A DNA stretch of 64,000 bases from Chlorokybus atmophyticus (taxonomy: Eukaryota > Plantae > Mesostigma and Chlorokybus algae), in the NCBI GenBank assembly GCA_009103225.1, contig RHPI01003009.1, positions 148,091 to 212,090 of the forward strand, read 5' to 3'. Below are positions 1 through 13,188 of this stretch, one piece after another. The first letter of the stretch is position 1; each line of letters opens with the position of its first letter. The translations under genes were made by a program, and so were the position numbers. The notes under the pieces are model-generated. The model was not told the origin of the DNA. It did no database searches and saw only the letters and a program-made list of their open reading frames with translations.

Positions 1-1089
1 ACTATGCTCTTACATCGAGGAAAGAGACCCTTGTTGTAAGAGACAAAGTGCAGGGAATAAACATGTCTTCTAGATCCATGTCATACTGCATACCATGCAC
101 ACGCAACGTAACGGCACAAACAAATACACATGCAACTATTACGCTAATGAAAAATGGATCAAGAGGGGAGGCATGCAATTGCGAGATTAAAAAAACAGCA
201 ATAGCTTAACATGTCCCTATCGCATAGAAGAAGAGAGGACATGAGGAGAGGGATTGGACTGCATTTGCTTATTGCGTATCCTCTGATAAGACATGCAATT
301 ACCAAATGCAATTTAATGACAAGATTTTTGTGTTACAAATACGACCACATATATCCGTTTAACTATTCTTACAACAACCTGTAAGTTGGGTTATCCGTTT
401 AACATATCATCTTACATTGCGGACAACGCCTGTTTGATCTGACAGCGTGACAGTTCCATTACACCACTTCACCACTAGCTTTCGTGTTGTGGGCTCCCAA
501 TAGGGGAACCGAGTCAAAAACGCAACATGTCATCTCGTAAAAGGCAACCTTATACAGTGGTAAGGCCAAGGCGTTCTCGCTACGCAACACGGACATTCAG
601 ACGACGACAGGTGATGCCGGGGAAGGCGGTGAGGAGGAGGCGTCGGAGGAGGAGCAGGAGGGCGGTTATCAGACAACCCCCGCTGTGTTGTGAAACCTGT
701 CGACGGCATAGCTAAGCTTGGGGCACGGGGGGGCTTGATTACAAGCTGGCATTGTCGAGCTTCCACCTGCTGCGGCTCATGCAGTGTAGCCCTTCAAGGT
801 AGGCTGGAAGGCTTGGCCTCCATCTTGCAGCTTGGCTTGCATGCGCGTGTGCATGTATGAAGGTTCCTGAATGCAGTTGATCTGGTGACTGTGCAGCATG
901 TTGGCTACATATTGGCAAGCTCACTTTGTTGCCCGTCAGAATGCAAGCACGCTTGTGAGCAAGCTGGCGCGCATTCACCTGCTTGTTACCCACTGCACGC
1001 AACTCAGGAAGGGCCTGAGCCAGTCAAAAAGTTCAACCACGACCAACTGCAAGTCAAGTCGGGCACTGTGGTGAAGTCACAACACGAGC

Positions 1090-4000
1090 ATGGCAAGCGT
1101 TTTCCAGCAGTCTGCTGCCCGTAGCTTTGCCTTGAGAAGTTCTGAGGTACCAGAACGGCAGCCGCTGCTGGACGACGGCAGTGCCAATGACAACCAGTCC
1201 GCAGCGACCATCAGGTGAGCCATATAATTCATAACTTGCAGTTCAAACTTATAAAAGACATGCACCCGCCATTACACAATCACCTGCAATGCTGTTTGCT
1301 CGTATGTTACTGGCTTGCAAGTGCTGTATCCGGTTTGTCAAGCGCTGAAGCAAGCGTGCGTTGGCGATGGCGACTGTTCGTACGTATAATGACAACTGCA
1401 GGCCAGGCTTGTACTCACGTGCAAACGATTCGTGGTTCAGTTATATAACCCGCTGGACATGTTGAGGTGTTGCAATGGATCAAACTAATTGTCTATTGCT
1501 TGTCTCATCTATCAGGCCGTCTTCCAGCCTGCTCATGTTGGACTCCATCGAGCGGACGGAAGAGACGTTGCCACCCCCAGACCTGTGCAGATGGAAGCGT
1601 GTAAGCATGCACGAACAGGATTTAGCTCTCGCCAAGCGAAGGCGACAAGTGCGCATGTACTCTACACGCGACAGGTGGATAATCGAGCCAAGGTGAGTTG
1701 CAAAGTCTATACATCATGCGCAAAGGACAGTGTCCGTCATGCCATGCTTAGCTGAGTTGCGATAACCTGTGCATGACAGGTCAATATGGATGAGGCATTG
1801 GGACTTGGTCATGCTACTGTTCCTGGCATACACAGCTATCGTCACACCGTACGAGGCAGGCCAGAGTAACTACTTTTATGCAAGGGCTTTTGGACACAGT
1901 CTGAGCTTGTCAACATCTTATAGCTAACTACTGTTTGCTATGTTTGCAGTCTTGCTTCCTGGACACGCAATGGACTGACCCATTGTTCTGGATTAATCGT
2001 GTCGTCGACCTTGGCTTCATTATGGACATCGTCTTCAACTTCAACCTAGCATACTTTGATGACGATGAGCCACGAGCATGGATATACAACCGACGAATGG
2101 TAAGGCGTGTAGTATTCCTACAATATTGGAACGGCATGAAGACCTGTCATCGCATGCACCAACGCAATGGCTTCTTTGTTGCTGTCCTCTGCAGGTGACC
2201 ATGCGGTATCTCAAAGGCGACTTCGCCATGGATCTGATCTCCATTTTACCGTTCGATATTGTTGGAGTGCTTGTGGACCAATCGGTAAAGTGGTTGATTG
2301 ATACCCCAGCATGCAAGACGCATGCTTATTGACATGCATGTGTAACAGCATGAATACAAGAGTGCATTTGTTCAGGCGCATGTGCGTGCATGCGCCTGAA
2401 CCCTAAGTGTTGCGTGCAGTAGCACATGCAAGATGTACATCTGAACAAGCAACCAGCTTAAACGCCACCCAGCATGCGCATGCCTGTTGGGTTGCGTTGC
2501 TCGTGTCCTGAAAAAGCCCTTCCCTGTTATTAGATAAACAAGAGCACAGGATAGAGCATTACAATGAGTCGTGCTCGTGCGTGCAGTCTCCAGCCAGGCG
2601 ACTGAAGGCGCTGCGAGCGATCCGCCTCATTCGATTGGCGCGTGTGGCGCGCATGGCGCAATCCGCTCGTTTTTTCAGGCGGGTTAAGGCCGGTCGGTCC
2701 ATCTCTTACGGTGCCTTGCAGCTTGCGACATTTGTCGTAGCTGCTGTTGTCGTGGCACACTGGATGGCGTGCAGCTTCAGACTCATTGCAGTAAGGGCAA
2801 CACTTTGACTGCTACAGTCACGTTGTGGTGGCTGTCAGAAAATATGCAACTACTTGCCCATTGTGCAACTCACCTACGCTGACTTGCTGGTATGGCCAAC
2901 AGGATTTTGAAACGTATGAGGACAGCTGGATAGAGATATACTTCCCAAAGCAAGCGGTGAGATCCAAAGCCGGTTTGCACTATGCGTCCCCCAGCCAGCG
3001 CGCGAGGGGGGGGGACATGCGTTCCCGTTCCCGTGCATGCGCATGTATGTGTGTGCGTGTGCCTGTCGCACTTTGCCATCATGTGCGCTCTGACAGGTGT
3101 TGACAGGATGTCTCCGCAATATCGCTGTACATGGTTTCCCTGTATTGGTCGACAATGACAATAACAACTGTGGGATATGGCGACGTTGTACCCCAGGTAC
3201 TGGCGGTATCATCATTTACACATGTTAGCTACATATCAGTTGCTGCACGTCGAAAGTATAATCAGCGTATTTTTTGAATCGTTATTTGTATTCAGACGTT
3301 CGCGGAGCGGCTTTTTGTTGTTCTCAGCATGCTGTTTGGCGCTGGAGTGTATGCCTATGTTGTTGGCAGCCTGTGCGGCATCATAACAGGACTGGCCAAA
3401 GCAGACCACGAGTTCTATGCTCTGATGGATGCTTTGCGCTCATTCATAAAGGTGCTTTATGTCTCTTGCAGTATGCACTGTACACCGTGGTATGGTTGAA
3501 CTACCGGTGCATGGTTGTAAGTGCATGGCATGTATGCCACAGATGTTGCAACACTTTTTGGTCATTGCAGGAGGCCCGCATAGAGCCCGAGCTTGCATCA
3601 CGTTTGCGGAGCTACTTTCAGTACCGCCGACGGAGAACTGATGTGGCTGTATGGCAGCAGTTGCTGAATCAGGCAAGGAAGCTTAGTTTCAATTAATGTG
3701 CCACTCTTTCACAGAAACAGCAAACCTTTACTGGACGCTAGACAGCTGTTGCTGCGGAAGTGACGTGTATGTTGAGTTCACCAACCCAAAACAAGTCTTT
3801 GTGGCCAGATGAGTCCTGGGCTGAAGGGCGAGGTGGCAATACGCTTTCACAGCGGCTGGATAACGGATGTTGACTTCTTCCGAGGCTGTCCTCATGTACG
3901 ACGGTTCATGCGCGTACATGTGTTGTCTATTTTGAAGAGTGACATCCACAACACTTCTGTACCTGCAGGCATTCTTTGTGGAGTTGGCGTACATGCTGCA

Positions 4001-5340
4001 GAGTGAAACCTTCCCTCCATTGGTAAGATTGCCACTGTTCATCAACAACAGAGTGTATCATGTACTTTCTGTACACTTTGCGTTGCATGACTTACTGTCT
4101 TGGGGTATCGGTCAACAGGAAACGTTCATCAACACGCGTGACAAGAGTGACAAGATGTATATCATTAGGAAGGGAGTGGTGTCATGCCGAGGACGCCTCC
4201 ACACCAATGATATGGTACCGGCAGACGACAACAGATGACTGTATGTCCCTTCTAAATGCTGATGCCGATTGTGCTTATGCCAACAGGTGCTTGGTGAGGA
4301 CATGGTGTTTGGATTTGTGCAAAGGAAGTACAGTGCGCGCACTTTAACCTTTGTGGACGCGTACTCGATACACAGGGACGACTTCATACCTCTGCTGGTA
4401 AGTGGTTGACTTTCATGTAACTGACCCTTTGAAGCCACATGCACACACTCCTGCTACAGTAGCACTTATTATTGATGCATGCCATGTCAGGAGAAATTTC
4501 CTGAAGTGCAGCGCCACCTACGCAAAGAAGTTGCGCGAGTGGTAGTCAAGGCCCAGATCAGGATCTTTGTCAACTTCGTCAACCGCATCCAGGTATGTGC
4601 TTTGTCGCATGCTGCTCAGCTTCTATTATGTCTATTCGACACAATGCAAATTGAACGTTCAATAACAGTAAGCACTTGCCAAGCTGGCTTTCAGTGTGTA
4701 GCCTGCATATGCCAACAGTGGGTTTACTTGGCAGCGCCATGTAAAGCGCGGTGATCGTCGGGCAGTGGACTTCCTGTTTGAGGCTCGGGATGGTAGCCTT
4801 GGTAGACTCACATTGTCGCAGCGGCTCAGCGCAATCGAGCACGCTCTTCCATTTGAAGGCTTCAGGTAAATTCGCGGTTGTGAGCTGCGGCTTCTAGCAT
4901 AGGTCTTGGCGGGGCCACAGCTACAAGCATTCATATTGCAAACAACGCAGTGTGCAATGCAAACCGCTGCTTCTGTTGCTGTTGCTGTTACCAACACTGC
5001 CGCCCCCGTCGTGGACACTGACATCTTGGTGTTGGTGTTATTGACAACTGCCCGCAATGGATGCAGGATATCAAAGGCCATTCTGGACATTCAGAGATGC
5101 TTTCGCGGGTTCCGCTCGCGTCGGCGATTGCACCGGAAAAGCATGATGAGGGTGCTAAAGCGGCTGGACACATTCCAGCCATTATCAAAACATAGTTCAA
5201 TGGACAACGTGCTGATGCCGTCACCAGAGGTCACGCTCGCCACTGTGCATGCCAATCAGGCGCAGATGATGCAGCAGATGCAGCTGCTGTTGCAGAGCGT
5301 GCAGGAAATCAAGTCACGGCTTGCACGCATGCAGAGCTGA
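1090..5340 (+). CDS. Voltage-gated K+ channel with cyclic-nucleotide-binding domain (KCNH/HCN/plant-Shaker-like), multi-exon, with a C-terminal IQ motif; start codon tentative
   Basis: Spliced exons give S1 WDLVMLLFLAYTAIVTPYE, S2 RVVDLGFIMDIVFNFNLAYF, S3 YLKGDFAMDLISILPFD, S4 RLKALRAIRLIRLARVAR, pore LYWSTMTITTVGYGDVVP (TVGYGD at 3167-3184), C-linker/CNBD (LRSYFQY, MSPGLKGEVA, DKMYIIRKGVV) and IQRCFRGFRSR at 5089-5121. Stop at 5338-5340. The ATG at 1090 (MASVFQQS) splices in frame to the RPSSSLLMLD exon. Confidence 0.9.
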
Positions 5341-5939
5341 GTACGCCCTGATCCGGTAACCCTTCGAGTAGTTTAAGTAGAATGGTCTGTGTGAATGAAG
5401 CGCATCAGTTGTGCATGTACCATGTACAATATCTCAAATAACCCATGTCATGACAAGCGTTCACAAGTATATGCGATTCATGTGGCGTTGCTGACATGTT
5501 CATGTGCGTTGTATTGGTTTGCGCCAGTTTATCGGTTTGGCGTCTTGGTTTCTTTGTGCTCGGAATCTTCACGCTGTTTGTGCAATTGTATCAATGTCAA
5601 CCACCCGCGTGCAACATCCTGATCATGCGCTAAATGATGCTAGAGACATACCATTGGCAGCCGCTCTGCATCGCACCTTTCGCGCTAATTGATGCAGTGA
5701 AGGCTGGACTGAACCATTGTTGTTGCTCCTGCCAAAGACAGCCCAGGAGCTGCACTGAAAGCATTGCATGGTCATTATGCATTACATAGTACATGTTCCC
5801 GGAAGCTGGCAGCAGTCAACTCAATGTGGGATTGTGCATGTGTGATAGGCAAGTCCCAACTCTTGTGTAACTCAACGTTGCCTTGCTATGAATGCGTGCC
5901 GACATAGCAGCATACCCCTTTTGTACATGACAGCATGTA

Positions 5940-7472
5940 TCACATACTGCTGTGCTGAACAGTGCAACAATGCAACGACCCGTCCGGCATGGCCGTTCTG
6001 CGCCATGGTTTGTTCCAAGCGGGCCGTGAGGATACGTTCTCCCACCATGCCTTTAGCTGGAAGCATCGCCACTATGTTGTTAGCACCATTGTACGAAGTT
6101 TATGTCCACTCGCATACGGGAATAAACGGTTGTTGTATAGTGCTAACCACACATGTACATGCATGACGGTTGCTTGCATTTTGTTGTCACTGCATTGCAT
6201 TCTTTGTACACGTGCACACACGCACACAACTCCACGCTCACACTCGTACATGTTGGCGCGAGTTGATGAGATGCGAGAAGCGGAGCGCGCAGGCGTACTC
6301 CATGCATGGCACGTGGGTGAGATCCGCGAGGGTGAAGGCGTCCCCGGCGAGGTAGGGACTCCTGGCCAGGTGCGCCTCGTACACATCCAGCAACACACCC
6401 AACTCATGTTCACCGTCCTGCACCGCGGACTCGTCCTCCTCAACACCCAGCAGCGGCTTGGCCAGCTTCTCAACAACGAGCGTGTGCACAGCGGGGTTGA
6501 AGTGGTTCTGCGAGCACAGAGGGTATGTGCCTTGTGGCCAGCAGACTTGACACCAGGCAAGCGGACCATCTGTGCATACCCATGAAACTAGCCTTGTGTT
6601 GCATGCTCTTAGAGTTTGGCGCAAATGGTTGGCGCTAGCTTTGTCAGATCTATTCATAAAACAATGAAATGTGCGTGACAACTATAAACCGTGATACACA
6701 ATCCTTCCATGCATCTTGTTGACGCATTTAAGTCATGCTTGCGAGAATGCAGAGACTGCAGGCTGTTTGTATGCGTGGTCCGCATGCATGCATTTCTTGA
6801 CAGTTGATGTATGCATACATGTAGGCTTGCCATTCTTGACACATGTTACCTCCCGTGCATGCAGGCAGGTCTACCGTTGTCTACAACACATGCATGCAGT
6901 AGTCAATGTGCCTGCCTTGATTTGTGGTGCGTACTGTACCTTAGGTATTGTGTTGTGCGTAGTGGTTGGCAGTTGAACACAATGTTTACTGGCAGACGAA
7001 TACGTACGCCAGCACGGCCGCTGAACCTGTCGCACGCAGGTACACATACGTCCTACGTACATGCACGTATGTACAGGTACAGTTAGAATGTCTGCACGTA
7101 CCGCCTCAACATCAATCCACTGGTCGACTTGAGCCTTCTCCTCGGGGGTATCGCCAGCCAGGGTGCCGCCGGCACGGCGTGCTATGTGGCGGATAATAGC
7201 TCTGGACTCGTACATGACAAGGACATTGCCATCGTCCAGCTCCTGCTGTATGATAGGCACCTGTCCGAAGGGCGCCATGCCCGAAGAAGCCAGGGTACCG
7301 CTTGTGCTCAGCACCGTTCCTCTCAGCATGCCAGCAATGCTATGGCCCGCCTTAACCAGCTCGTAGGGTAGGCCCCGTCTCTTCAGCCGCCACCAGCAGC
7401 CCTCTGCGTGGCGGAGCTGACCTTCGCCCTGTACACCTTCAGCTTCCTGCTGCTCCCTGTCGGCAACACCAT
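5940..7472 (-). pseudogene. Phi-class glutathione S-transferase, frameshifted in the N-terminal exon (pseudogene or assembly error)
   Basis: Motifs KLKVY..SSATQR, GLPYELV, PFGQVP, ESRAIIRHIA, EEKAQVDQWIDVEA, NHFNP..LVVEK, LDVYEAHLARSPYLAGDAFTLADLTHVP and LKAWWENVSSRPAW. TQR and GLPYEL lie in different frames with a TGA between them (about 7383), and the EHK motif is in a further frame. Confidence 0.75.
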
Positions 7473-7959
7473 GATGGTTGCTGGCAGCGGTGGAGACAAT
7501 GTCATTTGTTCGTTTGTTATGAATATCACTGTCACCGCCTTGCTTAATGTCGCCGTTGCAGATGTTGTAGTCATCGCCGCCGTTGCTCAGGGCTGTTGCA
7601 TGCATGCGCCTGTACCATGGCCTGTACGCATGTACGCATTGCAGTGTACGTGCATCTCTTCCCGCGCTGATTGCATTGCATGTCCCTGCTTGCTACAGAG
7701 CCTGAGTAAACATGTACCATGCTGCGTAGACAGAGGCATTGCAACAGAAGCTTATAAGAGCAATCGGCATCTTCAAAGGCTCAATTAATAACAGGTGCTC
7801 TAGCTCCTAGGTACAGGTGATTACCTCTACAAATTGATGATATAAATATTTTTGCTACGCACATCCGAATATAAAGTCTACTCAGTGCAAGATTTACGTC
7901 CAGTTGAGGGCCCCCATAATCAGGGCAAATTGTAAACATAAACGTGCCTTAAGCTTAGA

Positions 7960-9800
7960 TCCAACCAACATTGTCGAGAAGACAAGAACGGTGGGCTGAG
8001 TTTCTATACCGTTTCAACTTTGATTGGGTTTACGGACCAGGTCGAGTAAACATGGCAGACCCATTGAGTCGGTCACCCATGTTGCTAGCCGCAACATCAC
8101 GTGCGCGTGCTGAAGGGTGGACGCAGCGTGCCAATGTTGGTAGTGGTACTAAGTTAATTGCTGAAGCAATCGGCAAGCCACATCACCCTACCATCAATGT
8201 GACATTACCTACCACTGCTTGCAATGATTCTGCACCAGCAGCTGAAGCTAGTGGCAACCAGCGTCACTCTCAGAGGCTGACAGTAATGAGACGATACCTG
8301 CCACTGACACTTTCAGTTTTGCGAGTGGTGCTGAAAGAACTGATAATTATCGCAAAGCTGCTATCGAATGTAAAGTTCAACAAGCAAGTTGCTCAGCTGA
8401 GCATACCTCTTGATCGCTCAGTTAAGCGAAGCACCAAGAGGGTCTTCAAGCTTAAGTGGGGAGGAACATATGGCTGTTAAGGTTGAGGATGGAGCGTTTG
8501 CCGCAAGCTATATGAGTATGACCAAGACCATCAAGCAGCTGCAGAGGCTGTATTGGTGGCCAACCTTTGTGGCTGATGCCTCCAAGTATGTCAAATGTTG
8601 TGACGCTTAAATATATCTACTATGTCAAATGAACAAGGCCTCACACAAGAAGGCAGCGGGCTTGTTAACGCCGCTGGCTATCCCAAGCTATCATAAGGAA
8701 CGTGTGAGTATAGATCTCATCACAAATCTGCCGGTGACAAAGAGAGGGCATAGTGCCACTATTGTCTTTGTCGACCTCCTGACGAAGATGGTCAGATTTA
8801 AACCATTTTGCACTAACATTAACGCGCAAGAGTATGTCTTTATGAACTCGGTGCTCAAAGTCACATGGCGTACCCAAAAAACTGATGTCCGGCGGTGACC
8901 ACAAGTTTGTGAGCCAATTTTGGCAGGCTGTATGTCACTACTTGGAGATTAAGTAGAGTTTGAGCACAGCTTACCATCCGCAGAGCGACGGACAGACGGA
9001 GCGTGTTAATCAGATGCTTAGTAATGTTCTGCGACACTTCACCCAGGTTTTATAACTAGACGTACACTTGCCGCTAGCTGGGTTCGCAGCGGACAATGCA
9101 TGACACGAGTCACTGAGTAGCACTCCGTTCTACTTGCACTATGGCCGTCATGTGTTAATGCGCATATCTCTAAAAGTTGAGCCTTTTAGCAAAGTGCCAA
9201 TGGCAAGAGCCTTGCCAAAAATCATGCATGTCGCATCATGATTGGCGAATGCACAAGATTGTCTGAGAGCAGCACAAGACATGCGAAAAATGTATGCAGA
9301 CATGCAACGTACTACGATGCCTGTCCGCATACATTGTGCAATTGAAAGTCATCCCCAGGCCTACTAGGCCTACAGGTAATTTCAATTGCAAGTTGGGGAT
9401 CAGGTGTTGTCGAGCTCGAAGAACATTCAACTCAAGACAAGCAAGGTATGCAAACTGCTTCTTGGATGGCTAGGTCTAATCCGCATCATTGAAAAAGTTT
9501 GTTAACATGCCTTCCGGCTTGAGCTGCTGAAAAGCATGCGTGTACATGATGTGTTTCATGTAACGCTGCTGAAACCGTACAAGTGACGGTCCGGTGCAGC
9601 CCCCTCCCCCTCCTATTGAGGTTGAGGGCGATTTTCAGTTTGGTGCCAATGTCATTGCTCAGAAAGTACAAGAAAAGCTCTCGAACCGGATACTTAGTGG
9701 AGTGGTTGGGTTATGGTGAAGAGCAGAACACCTGGGAGCCTATCTGACTTGGCCCGTGCTGCCTTGCTGAAGGAGGAGTTTGAGAATGAGCTAAATCAAT
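7960..9800 (+). mobile_element. Degenerate Ty3/Gypsy chromovirus-type remnant (RNaseH end, integrase, chromodomain)
   Basis: LSRRQERWAEFLYRFNFDWVY..G..NMADPLSR; LQRLYWWP; RVSIDLITNLP..VFVDLLTKMV; [19 protein letters not shown]; chromodomain YLVEWLGYGEEQNTWEP (about 9690-9745). Several stops and frameshifts. Confidence 0.9.
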
Positions 9801-10535
9801 AGGTGCTACTTGAGTCTCTCGAGTTCTTGAGCTTGAGCTCAAGTGAGAGAGTGAGCTAGTGCTCAATTGCAAAGCATGTGCACGTGCCTGCAACCGCTTC
9901 ATGTGTGACATGCAAACACGCGCAACTGATGATGATGCGTAGCATCAGCGTTGGTTGTCACTCCCACAACTTGCCGTACCTTCACGCGTTGAGCGCAGCC
10001 TTCAAGCGGGACTTGATCACCATTGTCTGTGGTTTGTGCAAGACATGTGTCTCATTTATTACAACACGGCCATTGCAATGCAAGTGGGGAAGAATGTCAC
10101 GCCCATAGGGCTGGCAAAAGTCATTCTCTGTTCCTTACTTATGTAAATAAAAGGGACTCAGTGAGGATTCCACTTGTTCAAGCTGTGTAGTGCTTGGCAG
10201 GTGTGCTCATGGAGTCACTTTATGTCTTCTTAGGATTCATGAACACAATAGTACTATACAGCTGCAGCGCGTTTATATGCGCTAGCACAGAGCTGGTCAA
10301 TGTCTACTATTACGTGAGCCTCATGTTACTGTGTTGTGACAGACTGCCATGTATGGTAGTCTTACATCAGTTGTGAGCTGCTAATGGCAAATAACGTCAA
10401 GTTGCTGTCATGGCTTCGGTGACAAAGACTGCCATTGGGTTTATGTTGTAAGCAATAGTAACCTAGTGGTGGCAGCTAACGTACATACATCTAAAGGCTT
10501 TCAAGGCAAGTTTCATGTTCCCGAGGTATTAGTGC

Positions 10536-11098
10536 TGTGACATGTGATACTCCCAAGGTGGGTTCATGTTCATAAGGTATACTCTCTATGTAGAGAATAT
10601 GTCAGCACGTGATAACAGGTCAGCACACACTGTCAAGGCTCGTGTGAGCCATTTCAGTGTGTAAGTGGTCGGAGAGCAACAATGGTATAATACCTTGGTT
10701 GCAGCTATTGATGAACATGATGTGTGCACTGCTTGTTTACCACTTGTGTGGGGGGTGCCTGGCGTGTAGCTGTTGAAGGGGCTCTCCTGACCATCATATA
10801 TGGGAGGTACCACACACACACTACTTGTAAGTAAGTAGTGTGTGTGTATGTGTGTGTGTGAGAGTGTGTGTATGTGTGAGTGTAAGCGTGTGTGCGTGCG
10901 TGCGTGTGTGTATGTGTGTGTGCGCACGTGTGTGTGTGTGATGAGAGCTGAAGGTGATGCGTGCTTGTTGTCATCTTGGGCTCCTTCCTTGGTGTCTTGG
11001 GCGGAAGGGACTTTCATCTGCAGGGTGCTGTAAATCCTAGCGCTTGTGCATAAGTTTGTCAAGCCGTTCAGCAAGTAGGTGTGTGTGGAAACGTCACA
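10536..11098. mobile_element. Candidate LTR (solo, or the 3' LTR of the upstream Gypsy)
   Basis: 563-bp segment bounded by TGTGAC...GTCACA (TG..CA, perfect 6-bp inverted ends), about 0.7 kb downstream of the Gypsy chromodomain. No matching TSD or clear PPT was seen. Confidence 0.35.
10838..10940. repeat. Interrupted (GT)n microsatellite
   Basis: Run of gtgtgtgt with GC/AT interruptions. Confidence 0.9.
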
Positions 11099-12626
11099 CT
11101 GCGAGATTATTTATGATGCTCATCGACTTATAACATAACTCATAATGTGCATAGATGTTTATGATCAAGCATAACATAACAAGACGGTTGCCATAATAAA
11201 TGACTCTTAAACCCTTTCAGAATTTAAAAATTAAATTAAAAATATCACTTTATTAACAATAATATACATACATAATATACAAGAACATGCCATGCAAGTT
11301 GTAGCAACATGTTGAACTTAATTATGCAATCGTCACAAAGCATCAAGTACAATGTTAAATTTGCACCGAGTGAGCATATACTTTACATGTTTTAACTTGA
11401 GTCACTTGAAGTGATAACAACATGAATGGGTTCAATGCAATGATACACACATGTTGCTAATTTATGTCCAAGTGGTACTTGACAACCAAACTATATATCA
11501 GCAACTGCGTACCAATAAACGTGCAATGACTATTGCGACAATGAGGGATTATTATGCATGATATTTGTTGCAAAATAATAAGCAGTCTTTAATCACATGA
11601 ATTTATTCAACATCTACATCAATTGCTACATGATGAATGTCTAAGAAATTGCTCTTTACTCAAATCTACCGATACTGTCACATGCATGTGTGCTTCATAT
11701 ATATGTCATGATATTGATGCATTTGTGATGAACATCATTTGCAGTACATGCTGTCACTTGTTAAGCCCAGCTGCATGCGTAGGCATGACGTCATTGACGG
11801 ATCCTGACTCACCCAGGACTCCAAAGGCGGTCCAACGACATCGCAGAGTTGATCAAATCAACTTGATCTCCGTGGTGTCCCACGTGGCGTTGGACGCATG
11901 ATACGATTGCGCAGGACTTTAATGGCAGTGGTAAGTCTTACAAAACATTATATTCCACACGACGTGTGGTTTAAGTGCAAGACACATGAACAGTGTCACG
12001 CATCCTGTCCATCAACACGGACAAGCAGCACAGCACTGAGCAGGCGATTAGCCTCTGATCTGACAACTTAGCAAACAGCGATTGACAAAGTTCCTGGCCA
12101 AACTTTGCGCGGTGAAGCCACACTTTGTTTGGTGACTGTGGCGCTCACCTGACACGGACTCAGGCGGCACCTGCGGTGCCGAATCGCACCGTCCGACGTG
12201 TTTAGGGTCGGATTCGGCTTGGTGAACGTTTGACCCCACGTCACGCCGTTTGAAGGTGCCGTCACGCATGCTCGGCGTCTCCAAAATGTTACGCACAGCG
12301 TTACAAAGCTTCAAGTTTGCGCAGCGCCTGTTATACTGCTTCCCAGCTCCTTCCCGCCGGTAAGCTGCTCCTTGGTTGCTTGGTTGCGTACTTCTGCTGC
12401 TGCTTGAGTTGCTGTAGTTGCTGCTGCTCGTACTGTTCTTCGTGCTCGCCTTGGATGAAGTTGCTTTGGAGTGTGCACGTTCGTTTCAACACCGCACAAG
12501 TTGCATTCATCTACTTGCATGCTAGTGGCTTACAAGCCTGTGCTGAGCCTGTGTTGCGTTGCCGGCAGACAAAGCAAGCAGCTCTCTGTGTGAGACCCTC
12601 CTGTTTGAGTCCAGACTCTAGACACT

Positions 12627-13188
12627 ATGTCTGACGAGAGCGAGAACAAGCAGCAGCACCAGCAGCAGGAGGAGGACCAGGAGCCTACTCCCAACGTAAG
12701 CACGTAGACCAGACAGTTGGGTTGCATGCTGCCTCTACAACACACAGAACTTGAAACCAATCGTTATGCCTAGGTCGGTAGCTTTGATGACCCTGACACA
12801 AACGAGGCCATGCGTGCGGGTGGTAGCAAGGGCGGACAGGTGACCACAGCTGACAGTTTTTACCGTTTCCTTTGCACGTTGCACATGGTTGCGTATGTCC
12901 CCCTCCCTGCCTTATGTTGACAACTTTGGGCAACAGACACGGGCCAAGCAGCTAGGCCATGAAGGCTACGTAGAAATGGGCCGCAAGGGTGGGAAGGTGC
13001 GTGTGCTTCCTGCGACTCTTGTTTGAAGTTGAGTGTTACTTGTGCTTGCAGCCTAGCAGTGGTTTTTTGTTCGCTGGCAGGCAAGGCAGGAGAAGCTGCA
13101 TTCAGGTGGACCTGAGGGTGGTTACTACCAGGATGAGACGAAGATTGGTGCTGCATATGCTGAGTTCCTTACCAAGGGTGCCAAGTAA
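12627..13188 (+). CDS. Em-like / LEA group 1 (LEA_5, small hydrophilic seed protein family) dehydration protein, 4 exons, 100 aa
   Basis: Exons 12627-12695, 12774-12839, 12937-12996 and 13081-13188 (all GT-AG, phase 0) give MSDESENKQQ...MRAGGSKGGQ|TRAKQLGHEGYVEMGRKGGK|ARQEK...DETK...*. This matches the Em 20-mer GGQTRKEQLGHEGYQEMGRK. Not captured by the ORF track. Confidence 0.85.

Noticed and set aside
527-715. Arg-rich protamine-like ORF
   Set aside because: Arises from a GAG/GGA-rich low-complexity tract; no splice link to the channel or family motif was found.
12685-12933. Minus-strand ORF with CATCKGNG, resembling a DnaJ zinc finger
   Set aside because: Single motif, antisense to the well-supported Em-like gene.
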